Below are positions 1-8,910 of a stretch of DNA of 64,000 nucleotides, one piece after another. The DNA is from an uncultured Proteiniphilum sp. (GTDB lineage: Bacteria > Bacteroidota > Bacteroidia > Bacteroidales > Dysgonomonadaceae). Location: assembly GCA_964622945.1 (NCBI GenBank), contig CAZURM010000001.1, forward strand, positions 71,062 through 135,061. Direction: 5' to 3'. The translations under genes and the position numbers were made by a program. The notes under the pieces are model-generated. The model saw nothing but the letters and a program-made list of their open reading frames with translations, searched no databases and had not been told where the DNA came from. The number at the start of each line of letters is the position of its first letter. Positions within the stretch are counted from its first letter, which is position 1.

Positions 1-10
1 GAAAAGAACG

Positions 11-18
11 TATCTTTG
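11..18 (+). promoter_or_regulatory. Candidate Bacteroides-type -7 promoter box (TATCTTTG) for rex
   Basis: Exact TAnnTTTG match. The ORF-track TTG start at 16 lies inside this box. An in-frame GTG at 37 lies 18 nt downstream. Confidence 0.45.
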
Positions 19-663
19 TTACAAAAAGATATATCAGTGCAGACATATACGAATAAAATACCTGAACCAGCACTTCGGAGACTTCCTTGGTATCTGTCAT
101 ATGTAAAACTTCTTAAAACTCAGGGAGAAAAGTATGTTTCTTCCACTCAGATATCAAAAAAAATTAATGTCTCTGCATCTCAGATTGCTAAGGATCTTTC
201 ATTTGTTGAAATAAGCGGAAAAACCAGAGTTGGTTATGATATTGCTGAACTGATAGATGTTTTAGAGGAATTTCTTGGATTCAAAAAAGTACATAGAGCA
301 GTTGTGTTTGGTATAGGTAGTCTGGGCGCCGCTTTGCTGTCAGACTCAGGGCTTGAGCAATATGGCTTAAAAATTATAGCCGGATTCGACATTAACAGAT
401 CAGTTGTAAACACAAAAATTCATCAAATACCAGTTTATCATATCGATCAATTTGTTAAGATGAACAAGCATATGGATGCAGCAATAGGCGTTCTCACAGT
501 ACCTTCAGGTGTTGCTCAAGAGGTTTCCGATTATATGATTAGTGGTGGAATAAAGGGTATTTGGAATTTTACACCTTTTCGTATTCGTGTACCTTCAGGC
601 ATTGTACTTCAAAATACTTCACTCTATGCGCATCTTGCAGTTATGTTTAACCGATTAGATTAA
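16..663 (+). CDS. rex: Redox-sensing transcriptional repressor Rex
   Basis: N-terminal PEPALRRLPWY winged-helix signature and Rossmann motif VVFGIGSLGAALL. The true start may be GTG at 37, because TTG-16 sits inside a promoter-like box. Confidence 0.88.
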   Translation: MLQKDISVQTYTNKIPEPALRRLPWYLSYVKLLKTQGEKYVSSTQISKKINVSASQIAKDLSFVEISGKTRVGYDIAELIDVLEEFLGFKKVHRAVVFGIGSLGAALLSDSGLEQYGLKIIAGFDINRSVVNTKIHQIPVYHIDQFVKMNKHMDAAIGVLTVPSGVAQEVSDYMISGGIKGIWNFTPFRIRVPSGIVLQNTSLYAHLAVMFNRLD

Positions 664-1277
664 TGAAGATATTTGCCATCGGACTTAATTATACTTCCCA
701 CAATAAAGAGATGAAATCTACGTTTGAAAGTGAGGAGCCGGTTTTGTTTATGAAGCCGGATACAGCTTTGTTGAAGGGCGGTAAACCGTTTATGTTACCC
801 GATTTTTCTGATGAGATTCATTATGAAACGGAAATAGTGGTAAAAGTAAACCGCCTTGGTAAAAATATAGCAGAACGCTTTGCTTATCGCTATTATAATG
901 AAATTACAGTTGGCATTGATTTCACTGCACGTGATATTCAACGTAGACAGAAGGAATTGGGTCTACCTTGGGAGATAGCAAAAAGTTTTGATAATTCTGC
1001 TGCGATAGGAGAATTTATATCAAAACATGACATTAATGATATGCAGAATATCAACTTTCATCTTGATGTTAATGATATTACCGTACAACAGGGAAACACA
1101 ATGGATATGATATACTCTGTTGACCAAATTATTTCTTATATTAGCAGGTTCTTTACACTTAAGATTGGCGATCTTATTTTCACTGGTACGCCTGCTGGTG
1201 TAGGTTCAGTTAAAATAAATGACCATCTTCAAGGATATATTGAAAGCAGGAAATTGCTGAATTTCAGAGTTAAATAA
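663..1277 (+). CDS. Fumarylacetoacetate hydrolase (FAH) family protein, small YcgM/FAHD1-like class
   Basis: 204 aa. FAH-fold C-terminal motif IFTGTPAGVG. The ATG overlaps the rex stop codon (TAATG). Confidence 0.82.
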   Translation: MKIFAIGLNYTSHNKEMKSTFESEEPVLFMKPDTALLKGGKPFMLPDFSDEIHYETEIVVKVNRLGKNIAERFAYRYYNEITVGIDFTARDIQRRQKELGLPWEIAKSFDNSAAIGEFISKHDINDMQNINFHLDVNDITVQQGNTMDMIYSVDQIISYISRFFTLKIGDLIFTGTPAGVGSVKINDHLQGYIESRKLLNFRVK

Positions 1278-1369
1278 ATATAAGTAGGTTTTGTTAAGAT
1301 TCAAATAATTATTTCTGAATAGCTTATTTATAAGAAGTTCATATATCAGCAAAAAAATATTTAAGCAAT

Positions 1370-2539
1370 ATGCATAAACAATTAATTACAATTCTGTTTT
1401 GTACTTTTTTATTAATAGCTCCTAATAATATTAAAGGGCAAGAACAGGAATATAACCCTATACTAACTGCAATGCCGTCTCTGCAGATTGCGCCTGATGC
1501 TAGAGGTGGAGGAATGGGTGATGTAGGAGCTGCAACTATGCCAGATGTTTATTCTCAACACTGGAACGCTGCAAAGTATCCTTTTATTTCCACAGAAGCA
1601 GGCTTGGCGTTTTCATACACTCCATGGCTAAGCAGGTTGGTGAGTGATATTAATATGCTGTATGCTTCAGGATTCTGGAAATTTGGAGATCAAAACCTAA
1701 ATGCTGTTAGTGCTTCACTTCGATATTTTTCTCTTGGAGAGCTAGAAGTAAGAGATATAACCGGTGAGTTTTGGCACAGCGTAATGCCTTACGAGATGGC
1801 ATTTGATGCAGCTTATTCACGTAAGCTTACAACGACTTTTTCGGGAGCGGTTACACTTAGATATATCAGAGGCGACTACTCAACGGGTGATGGTGAATCA
1901 TCACCGGGCAATGCATTTGCAGCAGACATCTCAGGGTACAATGAATCGTATTTCTACATAGGTCGATCCGAAGCGTTGTTTGGTGTTGGATTCAATCTTT
2001 CAAATATAGGGACCAAAATATCTTATGATGGTGGCGAGACATCAGAATTTCTGCCAACTAATCTAAGGGTAGGAGCCTCCTTGGGCTATCCTATTGATAC
2101 TAGAAATACAATCACCATGAGTCTTGATATTAATAAATTGATGGTGCCGACTCCTCAGCTTCCTGATGAAAATGAAGCTGAAGAGAAAAGAAATAAACGT
2201 ATTGAGGACTATAATAATATTTCTTCCATTGGTGGTATCTTTAAATCATTTAGCGACGCCCCAGGTGGTTTTAAAGAAGAATTACAGGAGATTACATGGT
2301 CACTTGGAGCTGAATATGTTTATAATAATCAGTTTTCACTTCGTGTTGGCTATTTCAACCAAAATGAATATAAGGGAAATCTAAGATACGTCACTTTTGG
2401 TGCCGGCTTTAGAATGGATGCCTTTCAAATTGATGCGGCCTATCTGGCTTCAACATCACAGTCTAACCCTTTAGATCAAACTTTGCGCATATCTTTAGGA
2501 TTTGATATAGAGGGACTTAGAAGTTTAATAAAGAACTAA
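1370..2539 (+). CDS. porV: Type IX secretion system outer-membrane shuttle protein PorV (LptO)
   Basis: Signal peptide followed by the characteristic PDARGGGMGDVGAAT N-terminal motif. About 390 aa with beta-barrel-like alternating sequence. Confidence 0.82.
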   Translation: MHKQLITILFCTFLLIAPNNIKGQEQEYNPILTAMPSLQIAPDARGGGMGDVGAATMPDVYSQHWNAAKYPFISTEAGLAFSYTPWLSRLVSDINMLYASGFWKFGDQNLNAVSASLRYFSLGELEVRDITGEFWHSVMPYEMAFDAAYSRKLTTTFSGAVTLRYIRGDYSTGDGESSPGNAFAADISGYNESYFYIGRSEALFGVGFNLSNIGTKISYDGGETSEFLPTNLRVGASLGYPIDTRNTITMSLDINKLMVPTPQLPDENEAEEKRNKRIEDYNNISSIGGIFKSFSDAPGGFKEELQEITWSLGAEYVYNNQFSLRVGYFNQNEYKGNLRYVTFGAGFRMDAFQIDAAYLASTSQSNPLDQTLRISLGFDIEGLRSLIKN

Positions 2540-2557
2540 TTATAATATTTTTACACG

Positions 2558-3034
2558 ATGCTAAGGGTTGGGTTTGGTTATGATATGCATAAGCTGCAAG
2601 AAAGACGCGATCTATGGATAGGTGGCATTAAAATTGATTATCATCTTGGATTAAAGGGTTATTCTGATGCTGATGTCTTAATTCATGCAATTTGTGATGC
2701 ACTATTGGGTGCAGCAAACCTACGCGATATAGGTTTCCATTTTCCTGACAGCTCCGAAGAATATGAGAATGTCGATAGTTCTATACTTCTAAAAAAAACC
2801 ATCAAGCTACTCAAAGAAAAAGGTTATTATGTGAACAATATAGACACTACGGTGTGTCTAGAAAAACCTAAACTCAAAACGTTTATACCTGCCATGCAGC
2901 AAAGGCTTGCTGATGTGATGAACATAGATCCCGATATGGTTTCTATTAAGGCAACAACATCAGAGAAAATGGGCTTTGTTGGACGTGAAGAGGGGATTAC
3001 AGCTTATGCAGTTGTACTTATAGAAAAAAAATAA
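2558..3034 (+). CDS. ispF: 2-C-methyl-D-erythritol 2,4-cyclodiphosphate synthase
   Basis: GFGYDMHKL and SDADVLIHAICDALLGA motifs. Typical 158 aa length. Confidence 0.95.
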   Translation: MLRVGFGYDMHKLQERRDLWIGGIKIDYHLGLKGYSDADVLIHAICDALLGAANLRDIGFHFPDSSEEYENVDSSILLKKTIKLLKEKGYYVNNIDTTVCLEKPKLKTFIPAMQQRLADVMNIDPDMVSIKATTSEKMGFVGREEGITAYAVVLIEKK

Positions 3035-3125
3035 AAGAGCTTATTCAAACTCTCAGAATAAACAGAATCACTGTTCAGTTATATAAAATAATATAGGCAG
3101 ATTATTCAAGATAAATTAAATAATT

Positions 3126-3689
3126 ATGACGCTTTTCAAATGGTTGTTACGCATAAGACAATCTAAAGGCTATGGTGTTCACTCACCTTTCGCTTTCAAC
3201 TTTATTACACAGATTCTATATTCTCCCTATAGCTATTATGCGTTTTCTGATATTCTGCAACAAGTTGGGCATGATTCCGAACAAGAGATTCATCAGATAT
3301 TTTTTAGACTTGTAAATCATTTTAAGCCTGAAAATATTTTGGAAATACATCCTCGTGATGGTGTTGGATCTTTATATATTTCTTCTCCTTATCCCAATAG
3401 CAAATATACTTCTTTAGTAGCTGATGATGAGGTTTCACAAAAAAGATTCGATGCAATATTCATAAATTGGATTTACGAAGATAATTTCTTACCTTCTGTA
3501 GAAAGGTTGATTGAAATAAGTAATAAAAACTGCTTCTGGGTTATTAACCCAATAAACACAAAATCGAGTAAACAATTATGGCGTCATATCGTTAATGATG
3601 CTAGAGTATGTGTTACATTTGATTTTAAGAATAAAATAGGAATTGCTTTTTTGAAATCTACTTTTTATAAGCAGCACTATTATGTTTAA
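3126..3689 (+). CDS. Hypothetical protein, degenerate class-I methyltransferase-like (GVHSPF N-terminus)
   Basis: 187-aa ORF with no overlap. The N-terminal KGYGVHSPFAF resembles a Bacteroidota family usually annotated as SAM-dependent methyltransferase. The glycine-rich SAM loop is not evident (ILEIHPRDGVGS). Confidence 0.55.
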   Translation: MTLFKWLLRIRQSKGYGVHSPFAFNFITQILYSPYSYYAFSDILQQVGHDSEQEIHQIFFRLVNHFKPENILEIHPRDGVGSLYISSPYPNSKYTSLVADDEVSQKRFDAIFINWIYEDNFLPSVERLIEISNKNCFWVINPINTKSSKQLWRHIVNDARVCVTFDFKNKIGIAFLKSTFYKQHYYV

Positions 3690-3808
3690 TTAACTGACTA
3701 TGGAGCATCGTTTAATGTTTTAGGGTATCAGTCAATCTATAACTGTTTTTTTTGAGTTGATATAGATAATATCAGGCGCAATATATAAATTAAAAATTCA
3801 TATATATA

Positions 3809-4369
3809 ATGAAGAAAAGTTTAATATATACAAAAACTGGAGATAAAGGAACAACAGGGCTGGTAGGTGGTACTCGCATCCCTAAAACTCACATCAGACT
3901 CGAGGCGTATGGCACTGTTGATGAGCTGAATAGCTATGTTGGATGGTTGAACTGTGTTATAGAAGAGCCTGAGCATCAGGTGTTTCTAAGATATATCCAG
4001 AATAAACTATTTACTATAGGCTCATATTTGGCAACAGAGACTGAGTCTAAGCAGCCCAAAGAGGCAAGTATCTTAACAGATAGAGATATTGAACGTTTGG
4101 AAAAGCAGATAGATAAATTAGATAGCAAACTGCCACGATTAAATCGTTTCATACTACCCGGTGGTAATGAATCTGCCTCTAGAGCTCATATTTGTCGTAC
4201 TATAACACGGCGCATTGAACGCATAGTGTTCGGTGTGGCAAAACTATATCCTGTTTCGGATGAGGTTTTAATTTTTTTGAACCGTCTGTCAGATTTCTTC
4301 TTTCTGCTTGCCAGATATGAAAGTAACAAATTTTCACAAGAAATATACTGGGAACAGAAGGATATATAA
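3809..4369 (+). CDS. PduO-type ATP:cob(I)alamin adenosyltransferase
   Basis: N-terminal IYTKTGDKGTTGL signature and about 186 aa length. Confidence 0.9.
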   Translation: MKKSLIYTKTGDKGTTGLVGGTRIPKTHIRLEAYGTVDELNSYVGWLNCVIEEPEHQVFLRYIQNKLFTIGSYLATETESKQPKEASILTDRDIERLEKQIDKLDSKLPRLNRFILPGGNESASRAHICRTITRRIERIVFGVAKLYPVSDEVLIFLNRLSDFFFLLARYESNKFSQEIYWEQKDI

Positions 4370-4379
4370 AAACTTTTTA

Positions 4380-4387
4380 TACATTTG
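4380..4387 (+). promoter_or_regulatory. Candidate -7 promoter box (TACATTTG) for the DUF2795 gene
   Basis: Exact TAnnTTTG match 35 nt upstream of ATG 4423. The ORF-track TTG start at 4396 would lie at or before the expected transcription start. Confidence 0.5.
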
Positions 4388-4422
4388 CGAAAAATTTGGA
4401 GTATAAATTAAAGAATATATCA

Positions 4423-4644
4423 ATGTATTGGACACTAGAATTAGCATCTAAATTGGAAGATGCTCCCTGGCCCGCTACAAAAGATGAGTTGATTGATTTT
4501 GCTCAACGATCGGGCGCACCGTTGGAAGTTATTGAAAACCTTCAAGAAATTGAAGAGGAGGGCGAGATTTTTGAATCTATTGAAGATATCTGGCCTGACT
4601 ATCCTACAAAAGATGATTTTTTCTTCAATGAAGATGAATATTAA
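4423..4644 (+). CDS. DUF2795 domain-containing small acidic protein
   Basis: The WPATKDELIDFAQRSGAPLEVIENL pattern is typical of DUF2795. Start re-set to the first ATG downstream of the promoter box. Confidence 0.7.
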   Translation: MYWTLELASKLEDAPWPATKDELIDFAQRSGAPLEVIENLQEIEEEGEIFESIEDIWPDYPTKDDFFFNEDEY

Positions 4645-4663
4645 TTCAGGGCGCATTTAAGAC

Positions 4664-4722
4664 AAGCATCCCAACTAAAGCTGTATATAATTATACATTA
4701 TAGTCGGGATGCTTATTTTTTT
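4664..4722. terminator. Bidirectional rho-independent terminator between the DUF2795 gene (+) and trxA (-)
   Basis: A 14-nt arm AAGCATCCCAACTA (4664-4677) pairs with TAGTCGGGATGCTT (4701-4714) with one mismatch. It is followed by ATTTTTTT on the + strand. The loop contains a nested palindrome. Confidence 0.7.
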
Positions 4723-4726
4723 CACT

Positions 4727-5041
4727 TTAAATCAACTTGTCTATCTTATCAGTGAATAGTTTTTTGGGGCCTGCACCAACAATTTTATCTACTATCTCAC
4801 CATTTTTAATGAATAACACAGTTGGAATATTTCTTATTCCATACTTTGAAGTAGTTTCATCGTTATTATCTACATCAAGTTTCCCAACAACTACACTGTC
4901 TTTGTACTCCTCACTAATTTCTTCTACAATTGGGCCAATCATTTTACACGGACCACACCATTCTGCCCAGAAATCTATAACAACTAATTTGTCTGTTTGC
5001 AACATCTCTTCAATGGTTGCATCTGTAATTTGTAATGCCAT
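4727..5041 (-). CDS. trxA: Thioredoxin
   Basis: WCGPC active site. 104 aa. Confidence 0.95.
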   Translation of the reverse strand: MALQITDATIEEMLQTDKLVVIDFWAEWCGPCKMIGPIVEEISEEYKDSVVVGKLDVDNNDETTSKYGIRNIPTVLFIKNGEIVDKIVGAGPKKLFTDKIDKLI

Positions 5042-5060
5042 ACTTCTTTTTATTATATTA

Positions 5061-8000
5061 TTAATTTATTTTGAAATCAATAAGGAGATTATCCTTTAAA
5101 TAATCGATGAATTTTTTGTTAACCTGAATCTTGTTAGATCGTGAGAATAACTGTATGTTCATATGCGATTTTTCATCGATAATATTGAAATATAACAAAG
5201 AATTTCCTGAATTGTTTTTTACTAGATCTGTTAACTCTGCTATAATCGTGTCATTTAACTCAGAGAGAGAGATTTGAAGAGTTGTTTTAGTTACAAGTTT
5301 ACCTCTCATTTCGGATAAAAGATTGATCTTACCTATTTTTACCTCAAGCTCATTCGGATTAAAACGTTTTGGCTGCACCTTAGCTTGAATATATATAGAT
5401 AGACCTATTCTAGCATATTTACTAAAGTCTATGCTGTCTTGACTGAAGAGTGCAATCTCATAGCTTCCATAATAATCCTCTATTTTGAAAATAGTGTATG
5501 GCGAGCCTTTTCTGGTTTGACCTTCGCGCACAGCTGTAACCATACCCCCGAATGTAATCTCCTTACCATTTAAGCTGTCAAGGTCTTGAAGCTTTTGAGT
5601 ATCAGCATTGCAAACATATTTAAGTTTAAACTCATAATCATCTAAGGGATGAGCTGACAAGTAGATGCCAATCAATTCTCGTTCTTTGTTGAGTCGCTCC
5701 ATATCCGACCACCTCTCTGCCTGAGGTATCTCTGGCCGTGTAATCAGGAAGGAGGTGTCATCACCGAAAAGTGAGTTCATAGATTCTGCTTTATCTATCT
5801 GAAATTTACTTCCATAACGTAAAAGTATATCTATAAACTCTTCATCTTTACCGTTACGTGCAAAAAACTGTTCTCGTTTAATATATGGGAATGAGTCAAA
5901 AGCTCCCGCATAAGCTAATGCTTCGACAATTTTTCTACTAACTGATGAGAGATTTACCCGTTCAACAAAATCAAATATATCTTTATATAGTCCGTTTTTA
6001 TTACGTTCATCAATAATATCGTTTACAGCTCCTTGTCCTACGCTCTTTATTGCACCTAAACCAAAACGGATATCTCCGTGACTGTTGACGGAAAACTTCA
6101 AAAGTGATTCATTTACATCAGGTGTTAACACATTTATACCCATTGATTTGCACTCATCCATAAACTTGGTAATATCGGCTATATTATTGAGATTGTTGGA
6201 GAGTACGGCTGCCATGTATTCAGATGGATAGTTTGCTTTCAGCCATGCTGTCTGATAAGCTATCCATGAGTAACAGGTAGCGTGCGATTTATTGAAAGCA
6301 TAAGATGCAAATTTTTCCCAGTCCGCCCATATCTTGTCAAGTGTCTTCCCGTCATATCCATTTTCCTTACCTCCAATTTGAAATTTTTCTTTGAGTGCCA
6401 TCATCTTATCAATCTGCTTCTTGCCCATTGCCTTGCGGAGCTCATCTGATTGACCACGTGAAAAATTGGCAAGTAAACGTGACAGAAGCATCACTTGCTC
6501 TTGGTAAACCGTAATACCATAAGTCTCACTTAGGAATTTTTCCATTATGGGCAGATCATATTTTATCTCCTCTGTCCCATGTTTACGTTTAATAAACTCT
6601 GGTATATATTCCATCGGTCCGGGGCGATATAATGCATTCATGGCTATGAGATCTTCAAATTTACTAGGTTTAAGTTCTTTGAGATACTTTTGCATGCCTG
6701 CTGATTCAAATTGGAAAGTACCGTTAGTTTGACCATTACAATAGAGTTGATAGGTTTTCTCATCTTCCATATCAATCTCATCGATATCTATCTTTATACC
6801 TCGGTTAATCTCAATGTTGGCAATAGCATCTTTGATTATTGAAAGAGTTTTGAGTCCTAAGAAGTCCATTTTAATCAACCCTGTTTCCTCAATTACAGAG
6901 CCATCATACTGTGTGACAAGAAGCTTTTCCTTAGTTTCTTTGTCTTCGGCTGTACTTATAGGTACAATATCTGAAATATCAGATTGTCCGATAATTACTC
7001 CACATGCATGAACTCCTGTGCTTCTAACATTGCCTTCAAGCATCTGAGCATATTTCAGTGTGTCGTTTACCAGAAAGTCACTACTTTCAGCAGCCTCTTT
7101 TAGTTCAGGTACAAAATCAATAGCATTGGTCAGGTTTAACTTTTTGTTAGGAATTCTATCTGGCACCAGTTTAGCCAACCTGTTTGCCTCTGAAAGAGGT
7201 AGATTATGAACTCTGGCAACGTCCTTAATAGACATTTTTGTTGCCATTGTTCCATATGTTATAATATGTGCAACCTTGTTATTGCCATACTTTTCAGTAA
7301 CCCATCTGAGTACCTTGCCGCGACCCTCATCATCAAAATCGATATCAATATCAGGCATCGATATGCGGTCGGGATTAAGAAAGCGTTCAAAAAGGAGATT
7401 ATATTTCAGTGGGTCGATATCAGTAATCCTAAGGCAATATGCAACAGCGGAGCCGGCAGCAGATCCTCTACCCGGACCGACTGCCACATCCATCTCCCTG
7501 GCTGCATTTATGAAATCTTGAACTATTAAAAAATATCCGGGGTAACCCATATTTTTGATAGTATCAAGTTCAAATTTCAATCGTTCTACAATCTCATCTG
7601 ACAGCTCTTTGCCATATCTTTTTTTAGCTCCAATAGTGGTAAGGTGCGACAGATAATCTGACTCCAGTTTAATGCGTATAATCTTTTCATAATCGCCTAA
7701 TCTATGAAAAGTTTCTTCTCCAAATTCATCAATAAGATCCTGCTCACTGTATTTTTGTTTATATTGTTCTTCAGTACCAAATTCAGGATCAATAGGGTAG
7801 AATGGCATCAATGGGGGGTTATCAATTGTGTAAAACTCAACCTTTTCAGCAATCTCAAGAGTGTTAGACAGAGCTTCAGGTATATCTGCAAAAATATGAT
7901 TCATCTCAGCAGTACTCTTCAGCCACTCTTGTTTAGAATATCTCATCCTGTCAGGATCGTCAAAATCTTTTCCTGTACTAAGGCAAATCAACCTATCGTG

Positions 8001-8867
8001 TGCGTCAGCATCCTCTTCATTAACAAAATGCACATCATTAGTAGCAATTATCTTAACGTCATATTTCTTAGCAATTTTAATAAGTTCCTCATTTACCCTC
8101 TGCTGTTTGGGATATGTTGTCTGATCGGCATCGGGGCGATCAGTCTTATGACGTTGTAACTCAATATAGTAATCGTCTCCAAAAACCTTTTTGTACCATT
8201 GTACAGCCTCTTCAGCATCACCTATCTGTCCGCTGTCAATTTTGCGTGGTATCTCGCCACCAAGACAGGCTGAAGACACAATCAATCCTTCGCTGTATTT
8301 TTCCAGAAGCTCCTTATCTATACGTGGACGATAATAAAAACCCTCAGTCCAGCTCTTCGAAACGATTTTAATAAGATTCTTATACCCCTGAAGGTTCTTT
8401 GCAAGTACTACTAGATGCCATCCGCTGCCATCAATCTTTTCGGTTTGCTTAAATCGGTCTCTTCGAGCCAGATAACATTCACATCCTACAATAGGTTTGA
8501 AAAGTTTCTTCTCTAACTCAGTAAGTTTTACCTTTAGTTGGTTCAATTTAACTGCAAGATTCCCTCCAAGCTGTTGTTGTTGATTTGTTTTGTCTATACT
8601 TTCAGCATTTTTTGAAACTTCTATATCATTTCGACTTTCGAGCTTCTTAATTTCGAGCTTAATTTTATTAATTTCTGTTTTAACTGGTGCATTCTTCTTA
8701 TTAACATAATTAAGAAACTCTTTAATACCATACATAGCACCGTGGTCGGTAAGTGCGATAGCCTTCATGCCATCGTTGTAAGCTTTGTCTACCAAACGTG
8801 GAATGCTAGCTTGCCCATCGAGTAGTGAGTATTGTGAGTGAACGTGTAAATGTACAAATGGTTGCAT
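5061..8867 (-). CDS. dnaE: DNA polymerase III alpha subunit
   Basis: 1268 aa. PHP-domain start HLHVHSQYSLLDG, polymerase core, and C-terminal OB-fold region. Confidence 0.98.
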   Translation of the reverse strand: MQPFVHLHVHSQYSLLDGQASIPRLVDKAYNDGMKAIALTDHGAMYGIKEFLNYVNKKNAPVKTEINKIKLEIKKLESRNDIEVSKNAESIDKTNQQQQLGGNLAVKLNQLKVKLTELEKKLFKPIVGCECYLARRDRFKQTEKIDGSGWHLVVLAKNLQGYKNLIKIVSKSWTEGFYYRPRIDKELLEKYSEGLIVSSACLGGEIPRKIDSGQIGDAEEAVQWYKKVFGDDYYIELQRHKTDRPDADQTTYPKQQRVNEELIKIAKKYDVKIIATNDVHFVNEEDADAHDRLICLSTGKDFDDPDRMRYSKQEWLKSTAEMNHIFADIPEALSNTLEIAEKVEFYTIDNPPLMPFYPIDPEFGTEEQYKQKYSEQDLIDEFGEETFHRLGDYEKIIRIKLESDYLSHLTTIGAKKRYGKELSDEIVERLKFELDTIKNMGYPGYFLIVQDFINAAREMDVAVGPGRGSAAGSAVAYCLRITDIDPLKYNLLFERFLNPDRISMPDIDIDFDDEGRGKVLRWVTEKYGNNKVAHIITYGTMATKMSIKDVARVHNLPLSEANRLAKLVPDRIPNKKLNLTNAIDFVPELKEAAESSDFLVNDTLKYAQMLEGNVRSTGVHACGVIIGQSDISDIVPISTAEDKETKEKLLVTQYDGSVIEETGLIKMDFLGLKTLSIIKDAIANIEINRGIKIDIDEIDMEDEKTYQLYCNGQTNGTFQFESAGMQKYLKELKPSKFEDLIAMNALYRPGPMEYIPEFIKRKHGTEEIKYDLPIMEKFLSETYGITVYQEQVMLLSRLLANFSRGQSDELRKAMGKKQIDKMMALKEKFQIGGKENGYDGKTLDKIWADWEKFASYAFNKSHATCYSWIAYQTAWLKANYPSEYMAAVLSNNLNNIADITKFMDECKSMGINVLTPDVNESLLKFSVNSHGDIRFGLGAIKSVGQGAVNDIIDERNKNGLYKDIFDFVERVNLSSVSRKIVEALAYAGAFDSFPYIKREQFFARNGKDEEFIDILLRYGSKFQIDKAESMNSLFGDDTSFLITRPEIPQAERWSDMERLNKERELIGIYLSAHPLDDYEFKLKYVCNADTQKLQDLDSLNGKEITFGGMVTAVREGQTRKGSPYTIFKIEDYYGSYEIALFSQDSIDFSKYARIGLSIYIQAKVQPKRFNPNELEVKIGKINLLSEMRGKLVTKTTLQISLSELNDTIIAELTDLVKNNSGNSLLYFNIIDEKSHMNIQLFSRSNKIQVNKKFIDYLKDNLLIDFKIN

Positions 8868-8902
8868 ATCTATTATCTTAGATTTTTCGAGATCTGTACA
8901 GG

Positions 8903-8910
8903 CAAATATA
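8903..8910 (-). promoter_or_regulatory. Candidate -7 promoter box (TATATTTG on minus strand) for dnaE-trxA
   Basis: The + strand reads CAAATATA. The box lies 35 nt upstream of the dnaE ATG (8867). Confidence 0.45.

Noticed and set aside
2166-2384. 72-aa alternative-frame ORF inside porV
   Set aside because: It is embedded in the PorV frame and has no signal of its own.
3690-3808. Possible cobalamin riboswitch upstream of the PduO-type adenosyltransferase
   Set aside because: The gap is 119 nt and AT-rich. It is too short for the element, and I could not find a B12-box-like sequence.
4737-5099. 120-aa + strand ORF antisense to trxA
   Set aside because: It is completely antisense to a canonical thioredoxin (WCGPC). 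Its composition is low-complexity Ser/Leu/Ile-rich.
7704-8159. 151-aa + strand ORF, along with others at 6547-6732, 6814-7011, 7206-7529, 7276-7521 and 8114-8371, antisense to dnaE
   Set aside because: All lie fully inside the strongly supported DnaE reading frame on the opposite strand. They have low-complexity Leu/Ile/Phe/Ser-rich composition typical of antisense frames in AT-rich DNA. They have no promoter box or recognisable motif.
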